Source: Candidatus Helarchaeota archaeon | Lineage (GTDB): Archaea; Asgardarchaeota; Lokiarchaeia; Helarchaeales; RDOG01 | Direction: 5' to 3' | DNA: 64,000 nucleotides | Assembly: GCA_019058315.1 (NCBI GenBank) | Contig: JAHPZH010000003.1 | Span: forward strand, 620,451-684,450 | Shown here: in pieces, positions 48,879 to 59,119 of the stretch | How the letters are laid out: the number at the start of each line of letters is the position of its first letter | Numbering within the stretch: the stretch's first letter is position 1 | Position numbers and translations under genes: made by a program | The notes under the pieces: generated by a model | Told to the model about the DNA's origin: nothing | What the model saw: only the letters and a program-made list of their open reading frames with translations | Database searches by the model: none

Positions 48879-51800
48879 GTAGTTTAGAAAAAGTAGGTGC
48901 TGTTTTAGTAATTGGTGGAGGAGTAGCAGGAATACAAGCATCATTAGACTTAGCAGAGATGGGCTTTAAAGTATATTTAGTTGAGAAAAGTCCAAGCATT
49001 GGAGGAAGAATGTCGCAGTTAGATAAAACATTCCCAACAAATGATTGCTCACTTTGTATACTCGCCCCGAAGATGGTTGAGGTTTTTAGACACCAAAATA
49101 TCAATTTGATGACATACTGTGAAGTAATTGGAGTTGAGGGTGAAGCTGGAAATTTTACAGTCTCAATAAATAAAAAAGCCAGGTATGTTGATGAAACTAA
49201 ATGCAAAGGTTGTGGAGATTGTGCTGCGAAATGTCCAATGAGAGGCAAATTTCCAGACGAATTTAATATGGGGCTTGGAAAGAGAGGTGCGATTTATACT
49301 CCATTTCCTCAAGCTGTTCCTCCAGTTTATTTAATTGATAAAGAAAATTGCTTATTTTTTCAAAAAGGTATTTGTAAAGTCTGTCAAAAATTCTGTAAAG
49401 CAAATTGTATAGATTTTGAAATGAAGGATGAAGTACTTAAACTGAAAGTTGGAGCTATAGTTGTCGTCACTGGGTTCGATCAAATAGACCCTTCAATTTT
49501 ACCTCAATATGGTTATCAATTTGAAAATGTCATAACAGGATTAGAATTTGAACGATTAATGTGTGCTTCTGGACCTACTAGAGGGCATATTCAACGTGTT
49601 TCAGATGATAAACATCCTCATAAAATCGCTATGTTATCATGTGTAGGATCTCGGAATGAAAGAGGAGGAGTTCCTTATTGTTCAAGTGTTTGTTGTATGT
49701 ATATAGCTAAAGAATGTATAATTACGAAAGAACATGCTCCAGATATTGATATGTTCGTGTTCAAGAGTGATGTTCGATCTTATGGAAAGGGATTTAATGA
49801 ATTTATTCAAAGAGCACAAAGAGAGTATGGAGTAAAATATATTACAGGAAGAGTAGCATTTGTTGAGGAAGATCCCGAAACTAAAAATCTGATAATTTAT
49901 TATGAAGATATTGAAACTGGCGAATCTAAAGAAATGGAAGTTGATCTAGTTGTATTAGCAGTTGCATTAGTTCCATCTAAGGGCACTGTTGAATTGGCGA
50001 AAGTTTTGGGTGTTGATATAGACATCAATAATTTCTTTGCTGAAAAATCAGAAACTGATCCAGTCGAATCTACTAGACCGGGTATTTATATTTGTGGATA
50101 TGGACAAGCTCCAAAAGACATTCCTGAATCGGTAGCAGATGCAAGTGGTGCAGCAGCCAAAGCTGGAGAATTGTTGTCTTCGGTAAGGGGCACTTTAGCA
50201 AAGAAAAAAGTATTTGAACTTCCCGAAAAAGAAATTGGACCTGATGATGAACCAAGAATTGGAGTCATGGTCTGTCATTGTGGAATTAATATCGGAGGAG
50301 TAGTTAATGTTCCACAAGTCGTCGAATATGTCAAGACGCTTCCTAACGTTATTCATGTAGAAGAAAATTTATATTCTTGTTCTAGCGATTCACAACAAAG
50401 AATTAAAGATTTGATTGCAGAACATAACTTGAATAGATACATAGTAGCATCATGTACACCCCGAACTCATGAACCACTCTTTGCTTTAACTTGCCGAGAA
50501 GGAGGTTTAAACCCTTATTTATTTGAATTAGTTAATATTCGTGACCAATGTTCATGGGTGCACATGAGTGAGCCAGAAGCAGCGACGCAAAAAGCAAAAG
50601 ATCTCCTAAGAATGACCATTTCTAAATCAAGACTTCTAAGACCGCTTCAAAGAGGACAGGTTCAGGTTGTTCAACATGCATTAGTTATAGGAGGAGGAAT
50701 TTCAGGAATGACAGCCGCCCTAAATATTGCTAATGAGGGATATCAAACATACCTTATAACAAATGAAGAGAAATTAGGTGGAATTTTAAATCAAGTCCAT
50801 AAAGTTTTCCCCTCAGAAGAAAAAGCTTCGGATATTTTGGCTCCGTTATTAAAAGAAATTGAAAAGCATGATAAAATCGAAGTCTTTACATCATCTAAAA
50901 TAAAAAATGTTGGCGGTTATGTAGGAAATTTTAAAGCTGAAATAGAAGACATTGATGGTAATATAGCCGAGAGGGAAATGGGAGTAGTTATAGTAGCCAC
51001 AGGAGGCAAAGAATTAAAACCCAAAGGATATCTCAAGTACGGAGAATATGAACAGGTTATAACTCAATTAGAATTGGAGCAAAAATTGAAAGAAGGTTCG
51101 ATTAATAAGGATATTAAAAATGTAGTTATGTTACTATGTGCAAATGCCAGAGAAAATGAAGGTCTTTTTACTTATTGTTCTAAAATATGCTGCTCTGTAG
51201 CTATTAAAAACGCTATGATTCTCAAAGAAATAAATCCTGATATTAATGTAACCATTCTCTATCGTGATATACAAATGGCAGGGAAAGTGGCGGAACAATA
51301 TTATAGAACTTCACGAGAAAAAATAAATTATATCCAATATGATCTTGAAAAACTACCAGAAGTGACCAAAAATTCGGGTAATCACATTAACCTTAAACTT
51401 TATAATGTTTTAAACACTGATCAAATTGAACTTGATTGTGATCTTCTTGTATTAGCAACTCCAATGGTGCCTCAAAGTGGAGTAGAAGAATTGGCTCAAT
51501 TTTTAAAAATCCCCACTATGAAGGATATACCTCCCTTCTTCCTTGAAGCACATGTAAAACTTAGACCTCTTGATTTTGCAACTGAAGGCATATTTTTATG
51601 CGGAGCTGCACAATGGCCTAAACCTCTTCATGAATGCGCATCGCAAGCTCTCGGTGCTGCGGCGAGAGCAAGTCGACTCCTTGCTGCCGGAGTTATAGAA
51701 ACTGAAGGAATCATTTCAGAAATAGATCCTGAGAAATGTATAGCTTGCGGAAGATGTAGAGAAGTATGTGCTTATAATGCAATTGAAGAAGTAATATTTG

Positions 51801-51973
51801 AAAAAGAATTTGAAAATGTTAAATTAATTGAAGTGAAATCCAGAATTATCCCAGCACTCTGTAAAGGGTGCGGAACTTGTGCCCCAATTTGCCCCGTTTC
51901 AGCTATAACCTCAAAACATTTTACAACGCCACAACTAAAAGCTATGGTAAAGAGTTATTTAACAGAGGATTAA
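48875..51973 (+). CDS. hdrA: Heterodisulfide reductase subunit A-like flavoprotein (long form, two FAD modules)
   Basis: IGGGVAG, LDKTFPTNDCSLC, CSSVCC, CHCGINI, ASCTPRTHE, NIRDQCSW, second IGGGISG, EAHVKLRP, C-terminal ferredoxin motifs. No in-frame UGA. Confidence 0.95.
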   Translation: MSSLEKVGAVLVIGGGVAGIQASLDLAEMGFKVYLVEKSPSIGGRMSQLDKTFPTNDCSLCILAPKMVEVFRHQNINLMTYCEVIGVEGEAGNFTVSINKKARYVDETKCKGCGDCAAKCPMRGKFPDEFNMGLGKRGAIYTPFPQAVPPVYLIDKENCLFFQKGICKVCQKFCKANCIDFEMKDEVLKLKVGAIVVVTGFDQIDPSILPQYGYQFENVITGLEFERLMCASGPTRGHIQRVSDDKHPHKIAMLSCVGSRNERGGVPYCSSVCCMYIAKECIITKEHAPDIDMFVFKSDVRSYGKGFNEFIQRAQREYGVKYITGRVAFVEEDPETKNLIIYYEDIETGESKEMEVDLVVLAVALVPSKGTVELAKVLGVDIDINNFFAEKSETDPVESTRPGIYICGYGQAPKDIPESVADASGAAAKAGELLSSVRGTLAKKKVFELPEKEIGPDDEPRIGVMVCHCGINIGGVVNVPQVVEYVKTLPNVIHVEENLYSCSSDSQQRIKDLIAEHNLNRYIVASCTPRTHEPLFALTCREGGLNPYLFELVNIRDQCSWVHMSEPEAATQKAKDLLRMTISKSRLLRPLQRGQVQVVQHALVIGGGISGMTAALNIANEGYQTYLITNEEKLGGILNQVHKVFPSEEKASDILAPLLKEIEKHDKIEVFTSSKIKNVGGYVGNFKAEIEDIDGNIAEREMGVVIVATGGKELKPKGYLKYGEYEQVITQLELEQKLKEGSINKDIKNVVMLLCANARENEGLFTYCSKICCSVAIKNAMILKEINPDINVTILYRDIQMAGKVAEQYYRTSREKINYIQYDLEKLPEVTKNSGNHINLKLYNVLNTDQIELDCDLLVLATPMVPQSGVEELAQFLKIPTMKDIPPFFLEAHVKLRPLDFATEGIFLCGAAQWPKPLHECASQALGAAARASRLLAAGVIETEGIISEIDPEKCIACGRCREVCAYNAIEEVIFEKEFENVKLIEVKSRIIPALCKGCGTCAPICPVSAITSKHFTTPQLKAMVKSYLTED

Positions 51974-52023
51974 ATCTACTCCATTTTTTAAAATAGAAAA
52001 AAAATAAATTATAAATTATTGTA

Positions 52024-54768
52024 TTAACGTTTTTTCCGTAGTATTATGACCAATACTATAACGACTATAGCAGCTACAGCAGCAAGACCAATTATTAATG
52101 GCAAATTAACAAGAGATTCTCCTGTGGGAATAATTATATAGATGGGGGTAGTTCGAGCGGGAGATGGTTTTGGATAAAGACCAGTATTACGTTCATCATG
52201 GCGAAACTTAGGCCATGGAAACATTGAATCAATATATGGTCCTTTACAATTAAATGCCCATACAAAACCTCCGATTGACCCCGAAATAATTGCATGTGAC
52301 CCAATAACAACTTCTACTAATCCATCGCCATCAAGATCTGCAAGTGCAGGACTAGAATAAATTGTGCAATTTGTGTATATAGGCCAGCCTGTAACATTCG
52401 TTCCATCGTGATTTAAAGCCCAAATAAAGTTATCCATAGCACCAATTACTACTTCTAACATACCATCACCATCAATATCACCTATAGCTGGAGAGGAAGC
52501 ATAAACATCACTTACATTTGCTGGCCATCCAGGTAAATTTTGTCCCGTGTAATTAAGAGCACAAACATTATAGTCATCTGTACCCACTACTATATCTAAA
52601 TACCCATCATTATCTATGTCACCAAGAGCTGGGGATGAAATCCCAAATCCTCCAGATCCTATACTTACTGGCCATCCATTTATGTAGTCCCCAGTATAAT
52701 CAAAGACGTGAAGATTATTATTACCCCACTTAACAATAATTTCTAATTTACCATCCTTATTAATGTCTCCAAGTGCAGGAGTAGAATGTGTAGCACCTCC
52801 TATGAAAAAAGGCCACCCAGTCATATTATTTCCAGTTGAATCAAGCACCCATATATTTCCATCATCTGAACAGATCACGATTTCCAATTTTCCATCACCA
52901 TTGATATCACCAAGAGCTGGAGAAGACCACACATCACCTCCTGTTAACACTGGCCAACCTGTCATATTTTTCCCAGTTGAATTAAATACATAAATGTGAT
53001 TATCATTTGAGCCAACAACAACATCTAATTTTCCATCACCGTCTATATCGCCAAGAGCTGGTGAAGATCGTATATCACCTCCAGTTGAAACTGGCCATCC
53101 GGGTAAATTGTATCCAGTTGCATTTACTGCATAAACTTGTCCACCACCAGTTCCAACTACGATATCCAATATACCATCACCATTAAGATCACCAATAGCT
53201 GGGGAAGAACGGACAGCATCTCCTGTGTTTATAGGCCAAAGTCCAGCAACATCAGTCCCATCTTGATTTAAAGCCATTATCAAACGACCATTTGTGCCTA
53301 TTACCACTTCTAACTTATTATCATTATCTATGTCAACTAGAGCAGGAGAAGAAAAAACATCAAATTTTAATGGAGGAATTTGCACTGGCCATCCAGGTGG
53401 TGAAAGAAAATAAAGACCTGCATTTTGTTCATCATTATGGAACTTAGGCCATGGAAGTCCTTGCAGAGAACTATTACAATTTATTGCCCAAATATAATTA
53501 TCATCAGACCCAAAGACAACTTCAAAAAATCCATCACCATCTATATCACCGAGAGCTGGAGATGAGCCTATATAATCTCCTGTTTCTACTTCCCAATCCG
53601 AAATATTATTACCAGAAGAATCTAGAGCCCAGAGATAATTGTCATCTGATCCTACAACTATATCTGTTAGATTATCGCCATCGATATCGCCTAGAGCAGG
53701 AGAAGATCTCACAGTACTTCCCGTCATTACAGGCCAACCAGTGACATTTGATCCATCAGGATTTATAGCCCATATTTGCTTATCCATTGAACCAATTACA
53801 ACTTCTAACCGTCCATCATAATCAATATCCCCAAGAGCGGGAGAAGAATATATTAAACTTCCAGTTTTTACAGGCCATCCTGTCATATTGTGTCCAGTTG
53901 CATTAACAGCCCAAATGTGAAAATCAGTTGAGCCAACTATAACGTCTAACTTGCCATCGCCATCGATATCACCAATAGCTGGGGAAGATCTTACGTCAGC
54001 CCCCGTTTTTACAGGCCATAAACCTGTTAAATTATGTCCTGTTGAATTTAACGCCCAAATATAATCATCATCAGAGCCAACTACTATATCTAGTGACCCA
54101 TCCCCGTCAATATCGCCAATAGCAGGAGTAGACCCTACAAGACCATTGGTTTTTATGGGCCATCCTGTTACATTTGTTCCATCGTGATTGAATGCCCAAA
54201 TATACTCATCATATGATCCTACGACTATTTCTAATCTTCCATCATTATCAATATCACCCAAGGCAGGTGATGAGATTATATCATCTCCAGTAGTTACAGG
54301 CCATCCTGGAACATATGTTCCATCATCATTTAATACATGTATTTTATCATCATTTGATCCAATTACAATTTCAAGCTTTCCATCATTATCAATGTCACCA
54401 AGAGCTGGAGAGGAACTTATTGGTTCTCCTGTCTTTACTGGCCATCCCGTTACGTTATATCCAGTTGAATTTAATACATAAATATAGGTATCTTGAGATC
54501 CAAATATAGTCTCTAATTGCCCATCTCCATCAATATCTCCAAGAACTGGAGAAGAATATACTATACCTCCTGTTTGTACAGGCCATAAACCAGATACATT
54601 TGATGGATCTTTTTTAACAAGATCTACTGTATCTTGTTTTATCGTTTCAATTTGTGTTAGCGTATTGATTGGTCCCTTAAGCAGCGTTAGTAAAATTGGT
54701 AGTATTATTATTATAGTCAATAGAAATATTCTTGTTAAAGTCATTTTTCTTTGCATATTTTGAACCAT
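52024..54768 (-). CDS. Membrane-anchored surface protein with 16 FG-GAP/VCBS-like Ca-binding repeats (two 8-repeat propellers)
   Basis: GWPVxTG...SSPALGDIDGDGxLEIVVGSxD repeated 8+8 times, each set closed by WPKFxxDExNxGLY. N-terminal signal and C-terminal TM followed by RKKR. Confidence 0.85.
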   Translation of the reverse strand: MVQNMQRKMTLTRIFLLTIIIILPILLTLLKGPINTLTQIETIKQDTVDLVKKDPSNVSGLWPVQTGGIVYSSPVLGDIDGDGQLETIFGSQDTYIYVLNSTGYNVTGWPVKTGEPISSSPALGDIDNDGKLEIVIGSNDDKIHVLNDDGTYVPGWPVTTGDDIISSPALGDIDNDGRLEIVVGSYDEYIWAFNHDGTNVTGWPIKTNGLVGSTPAIGDIDGDGSLDIVVGSDDDYIWALNSTGHNLTGLWPVKTGADVRSSPAIGDIDGDGKLDVIVGSTDFHIWAVNATGHNMTGWPVKTGSLIYSSPALGDIDYDGRLEVVIGSMDKQIWAINPDGSNVTGWPVMTGSTVRSSPALGDIDGDNLTDIVVGSDDNYLWALDSSGNNISDWEVETGDYIGSSPALGDIDGDGFFEVVFGSDDNYIWAINCNSSLQGLPWPKFHNDEQNAGLYFLSPPGWPVQIPPLKFDVFSSPALVDIDNDNKLEVVIGTNGRLIMALNQDGTDVAGLWPINTGDAVRSSPAIGDLNGDGILDIVVGTGGGQVYAVNATGYNLPGWPVSTGGDIRSSPALGDIDGDGKLDVVVGSNDNHIYVFNSTGKNMTGWPVLTGGDVWSSPALGDINGDGKLEIVICSDDGNIWVLDSTGNNMTGWPFFIGGATHSTPALGDINKDGKLEIIVKWGNNNLHVFDYTGDYINGWPVSIGSGGFGISSPALGDIDNDGYLDIVVGTDDYNVCALNYTGQNLPGWPANVSDVYASSPAIGDIDGDGMLEVVIGAMDNFIWALNHDGTNVTGWPIYTNCTIYSSPALADLDGDGLVEVVIGSHAIISGSIGGFVWAFNCKGPYIDSMFPWPKFRHDERNTGLYPKPSPARTTPIYIIIPTGESLVNLPLIIGLAAVAAIVVIVLVIILRKKR

Positions 54769-54899
54769 CCAAATTCATAAATTCTTAATTTTTATTATTT
54801 ATCAACTAAAATCAATTGATAATAAATCATGAAAAAAAAATTTAATAACCTTATTTTAATTGTATTTTAAAAAATAAATTAACAAATTACGGTGAAATC

Positions 54900-55337
54900 A
54901 TGAGTGGCGAATTCAATCCTCGCATTGTAGCATTCCTCTGCAATTGGTGCGGATATGCGGGGGCTGATCTGGCAGGAGTAAGCCGATTTCAATATCCTCC
55001 CACAATCCGTATTATTCGAGTAATGTGTTCGGGCAGAATCCAACCTTCATTTGTTCTCGAAGCATTTGAAAAAGGAGCAGACGGAGTATTAGTCTGCGGG
55101 TGACACATTGGAGATTGCCATTATATTCATGGAAATGAATATGCAAAGGAAAGAATAGAGATGACAAAAAGTCTGCTGGAAACTGTTGGAATTAATCCAA
55201 AGAGATTGCGTCTTGAATGGATTTCTGCAGCTGAAGGACAGAAGTTTGCATCTTTAATACATGAATTTACAAATGATATTAAACAATTAGGACCATTTGC
55301 AACTAAAAGTAAAAAGGTTGAAATACCAAATAAATAG
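54900..55337 (+). CDS. mvhD: MvhD/VhuD hydrogenase Fe-S subunit, selenoprotein (UGA at 55101-55103 read as Sec), 145 aa
   Basis: [38 protein letters not shown], then [12 protein letters not shown] in the same frame to TAG at 55335-55337. The UGA sits at the conserved Cys of G-C-H-x-G-D-C-H-Y. Confidence 0.93.
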
Positions 55338-55341
55338 TATA

Positions 55342-55409
55342 TTAAAGTTGGATGATTCACATCTGAAAAATTAATAGATGTGATGAGATGGCCGCAAGCC
55401 AAACTTTAA
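55342..55409 (+). promoter_or_regulatory. Eukaryote-like SECIS element in the mvhD 3' UTR
   Basis: AUGAU (55352-56), stem UCACAUCU/AGAUGUGA (55357-64/55376-83), A-rich apical loop, UGAG (55384-87), basal stem UUAAAGUU/AACUUUAA (55342-49/55402-09). Confidence 0.85.
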
Positions 55410-55530
55410 ATCTGGTATGAAAATTCTACTTCTTTTTTCCTCTATCCCATTAGTTAAAGAATTAAAATTTATTAACAAATTTACTTTTTCTAAAATAAAG
55501 AATCTTTACAAATTCTAATAGTTGATTTAA

Positions 55531-56730
55531 ATGAGTGAGATCAAGATAAATTGGAAAGGACATCTTGAAAAATATCAGAATGCTATGGAGGAACTTAATC
55601 TGGATTTTTGTGTACTCACAAGAGTTAAATCATTGACTTATTTGCATGGTGCATTCGTACCTTGGAGAAGTGCGATATTTTTACCCAAGAAAGGTTCGGG
55701 AGATCCAATTTTATATACAGTTCTTTTGGATGTAGAACGCTGCAAGGCAGAGGGGCAATTAGCGGTTGATGGTTGGGGTCCCATGAAAGGGTTCTATTTG
55801 GAAAAGAAGATTCAAAAGGCAGCAAAAAAGGCAGGAGTATATAATCCAAACGGATCACCTCCAAGAATTGGTGTAGAGCTTGGTCAAGATATTTGTATAA
55901 GTGGCGGTATGCTGCAATACACTGAAGCTGAGCTCATTAAAAGTGTCTTTCCAGGTTGTGAACTAGTTGATTTTAATGAAAAAATTGAACAAATCCAGTT
56001 CATAAAAGAACCTGAAGAAATTGCTATGTTACGAAAAGCAAGTGGGATAACAGATATTGGGCAGGAAGCTGTAAAAAAAGAACTAAGCGAAAGACCCTCT
56101 GGAAAAGTATTTACTGAGAATGAAATTGCTGGAATTGGGACAAAAGCTATGCGAGATGCTGGGAGCAATTGGGAATGGACTTTCACAGGTGCCCAAGAAA
56201 TTGGTTCGGGTTACCGAGCAAGTTATATTTGGGGAGGTTGTACCCCAGCAACAAATAAAAAAATTAAAGAAGGCGAATCTCTACTTGTGGATCTTCATAG
56301 CGAATATGGGTGCTATTTAGGAGATCTGAGTCACAATTACGTACTTGGTAAATGCTCATCAGAATTAAAAGAGTTTAACGAAGTTTATGAACAATTGTGT
56401 TATACACTAATAGACAACATGGTCCCCGGAAAAACATTTGGTGAATGCTTTGAAGAAGTTTCTAAAGTAGCTAATTCGGCTGGATTTGGTAACGAACTTT
56501 TTCTAGCCGTTGGTCACGGTATTGGGTGTATTGGAAATGAGTCTTGGCCAATTATCACCTTTGGAAAAGAGTGGGGTAAAATGGAGTTCGTTCCTGGAAT
56601 GGTCGAGATAGCTGCGGTTGTTTTTAATAGACCAGATCTTGGTGGATTAAGGTTAGAATCTCCTACTCTTGTCACAAATAAAGGTGCGGAAGTGCTTCCA
56701 AAGACACCTTTTGAAGTTGATTATGTTTAG
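55531..56730 (+). CDS. M24-family (Xaa-Pro peptidase/creatinase-like) protein
   Basis: IKEPEEIAMLRKA, LLVDL...YLGDLS, GHGIG, GGLRLE...LVT. Confidence 0.85.
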   Translation: MSEIKINWKGHLEKYQNAMEELNLDFCVLTRVKSLTYLHGAFVPWRSAIFLPKKGSGDPILYTVLLDVERCKAEGQLAVDGWGPMKGFYLEKKIQKAAKKAGVYNPNGSPPRIGVELGQDICISGGMLQYTEAELIKSVFPGCELVDFNEKIEQIQFIKEPEEIAMLRKASGITDIGQEAVKKELSERPSGKVFTENEIAGIGTKAMRDAGSNWEWTFTGAQEIGSGYRASYIWGGCTPATNKKIKEGESLLVDLHSEYGCYLGDLSHNYVLGKCSSELKEFNEVYEQLCYTLIDNMVPGKTFGECFEEVSKVANSAGFGNELFLAVGHGIGCIGNESWPIITFGKEWGKMEFVPGMVEIAAVVFNRPDLGGLRLESPTLVTNKGAEVLPKTPFEVDYV

Positions 56731-56767
56731 ATTAATACTTGATTTGAGGCAATTTCTAGTGATTTAA

Positions 56768-57703
56768 ATGAATCCAAAACATGAACTTGCAGAGAGGCCC
56801 GATTTCAATGTATATGTTAGTGGTATGAATGCTACGGTGCGAATGAAATGGAATGATATAGAGAAATATATCATACCTGGTAAAATAGTTGATGTAGGTT
56901 GTGGGACGGGTGAATTAACAAAAATTATCGCAAAAAAATTTCTCGATTCTCAAGTTATAGGCATTGATATATCGGATTATTTCGTTCAATTATCCCGAAA
57001 AAACACGAAGGATTTAGGGAATGTCGAAATACAGCAGTGTGATATTGTTTTTAAAGAATTTGAACCAGAAACCATTACAACAAAAATATTTTCTTCTGTT
57101 ATCCATGAATTAGTATCTTATAAAGGCTATAATAAAGAAATTCCTAAAAAAGTAATAAGAGGTTCATTTAGAGAACTTAAACCAGGTGGTAGGATTATTA
57201 TTAGAGATGGTGTAAGTCCAGGGGATTATGAAATATACATTTGGTTTAATGATAAAAATGGAATAAATGAGTTAGATCATAAGAAAAATATAAAGCTTAA
57301 TTTTAAAGATTTAAGCACAGAAGCTCGTTTCATACGATTCTGTTTGCAATTCAAGGGTAAAGAATGGGATTATAGACCAGTCAGAATTAATAATAAAAAA
57401 TTATATGTTTTGGATGCGCATTTTGCACATGAATTTATGAGTAAGAAAGAATATGTCGAAAATTGGGATGTTGAAGCTCTTGAGGAATTTGGCATATTTA
57501 CTATTGAAGAATATAAACAGACTCTTGAAAATGCAGATTTTGACATAGTTGAAATTAAAACTTACAAAAATCCTTGGATTGTAAAAAATTGGTATGAAAA
57601 TAAACTAAAATTATATAGATATGAAAATAATAAGCTTAATGAGCTAGATTATTTTCCAACGAATATTATAATTATAGCTGAAAAACCTAAAGAAACTAAT
57701 TAA
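56768..57703 (+). CDS. Class I SAM-dependent methyltransferase
   Basis: IVDVGCGTG, IGIDIS, SSVIHE, LKPGGRIIIRD. Confidence 0.88.
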   Translation: MNPKHELAERPDFNVYVSGMNATVRMKWNDIEKYIIPGKIVDVGCGTGELTKIIAKKFLDSQVIGIDISDYFVQLSRKNTKDLGNVEIQQCDIVFKEFEPETITTKIFSSVIHELVSYKGYNKEIPKKVIRGSFRELKPGGRIIIRDGVSPGDYEIYIWFNDKNGINELDHKKNIKLNFKDLSTEARFIRFCLQFKGKEWDYRPVRINNKKLYVLDAHFAHEFMSKKEYVENWDVEALEEFGIFTIEEYKQTLENADFDIVEIKTYKNPWIVKNWYENKLKLYRYENNKLNELDYFPTNIIIIAEKPKETN

Positions 57704-57799
57704 CTAAACAAGAATTCAATTTTTTTAATCGATTTTATATAAATCTTGAATTAAATTAAAAAAAAAATTGAGGTAATTTTGACCTCATCTCGTATAGAA

Positions 57800-58798
57800 T
57801 TAGAGTAAATCGAGGATTTGTACTAGTATTAATTGAATATCATCGATCTGTGCAATTAGGTTTCCTGCCATTTCTTCTTCGATGATATGAAACCTATCAG
57901 CGATTTTTATTATAATCTCGCTTATGCAAGTTTGACATTTTGTTATCCAGACACGTATTTTAGCACATTCGGTGTTATTTTCTAGATATAAATCAAGAGC
58001 AGTTTCCATATTATTTTCTGCCTTATTTGTAATATAAGTTAAGATTATTCTAAGCAAACTACAATTGATTTCTCCAATAGAACCTTTTAAGATACCGAGT
58101 TGTTCTATCACTTCTTCCATTAGAATTTGTTCTGGTGGTTTTTCTTTGTAATCGGGTATGCCATTTCCATCATAGTCTAAACTTATAATAACTACATCCC
58201 AACCTGAATCAGCAGGTGCAGGACTGTAGCCAGACCAAGTTAAAATTCTTATATCATTGCTACCTTCAGTCCAATCATTAATGCCATCGCCATCTAGATC
58301 TGTAGAGAATGAAAAATTGTACCAATTAAATTCTGTTCCTGATATAGTTTTCCAGATTTTAACTTGAGAGGGGTAGTAATCCGGATCATTTACTGATACG
58401 TATGTAACTTGGTCTTGAAATCCTAATGGTGGAGGATAAGTCCCATTTTTTGTTATTTTAGCTTTGAATTCAATAAATATTTTGCTTGTATTTGTAGGAA
58501 CTTTAGAAAAATTAATTACCCATGGATTACTCCAAACATCCATCCAGCCAAATCCATCAAGAGTGAGATCAGAACAATTGTCATTATCTATGCCAATTAT
58601 TGAATATAATCCTTTATTTTCAATGATCCATGAACTTTTTTGCTCACTCATGCCATCTTGAGAATTCTGGATTCCTTGAAGTGCCAGAAGTCCATAAAGT
58701 GTGGGAAACGTTGAACCAGTATTTAAATATGCAAAACTAAGACCAAACGAACATAAAATGATTACTATAGCTATTGCTCCAGTTTGATTCTTCTTCAT
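57800..58798 (-). CDS. Secreted or N-anchored protein with DxDGDG Ca-binding loops and a helical C-terminus
   Basis: N-terminal TM/signal, DLDGDGINDWTE, DYDGNGIPDYKE. Confidence 0.7.
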   Translation of the reverse strand: MKKNQTGAIAIVIILCSFGLSFAYLNTGSTFPTLYGLLALQGIQNSQDGMSEQKSSWIIENKGLYSIIGIDNDNCSDLTLDGFGWMDVWSNPWVINFSKVPTNTSKIFIEFKAKITKNGTYPPPLGFQDQVTYVSVNDPDYYPSQVKIWKTISGTEFNWYNFSFSTDLDGDGINDWTEGSNDIRILTWSGYSPAPADSGWDVVIISLDYDGNGIPDYKEKPPEQILMEEVIEQLGILKGSIGEINCSLLRIILTYITNKAENNMETALDLYLENNTECAKIRVWITKCQTCISEIIIKIADRFHIIEEEMAGNLIAQIDDIQLILVQILDLL

Positions 58799-59119
58799 TT
58801 TTGTCCCCGAGCTATATTAGTAAATTAGTAAGAAATTATTTTTTCACAAATATAAAAAGATTTCTTTAAGAATCTCATTAATATGTTAAAAAATTTTGAG
58901 ATTTGTTATTTTTATCGAAAATATAATTGCGAAATTTTACATTATTTAAATCAGAGAATATTTTTTATTAGTCTTATTTATTTATATTATAATTTTAATC
59001 AGTCTTGTTGATATAAAGTTAAAAACCAATAATATTCTATTAATATGAAATATGTGTCATTAGTACATTTTTAATAAAATACGGTGATTTATTGATCTTT
59101 TTTCTAATAAAAGAAGAAT

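Noticed and set aside
52763-54509. Plus-strand ORFs inside the FG-GAP gene
   Set aside because: Antisense shadows of the repeat protein.
54900-55103. mvhD as a truncated 67-aa ORF or pseudogene
   Set aside because: The UGA is at a conserved Cys, downstream homology is intact and a SECIS follows, so Sec recoding explains it better.
55127-55402. 91-aa minus-strand ORF
   Set aside because: Antisense shadow of the mvhD 3' half and its SECIS.
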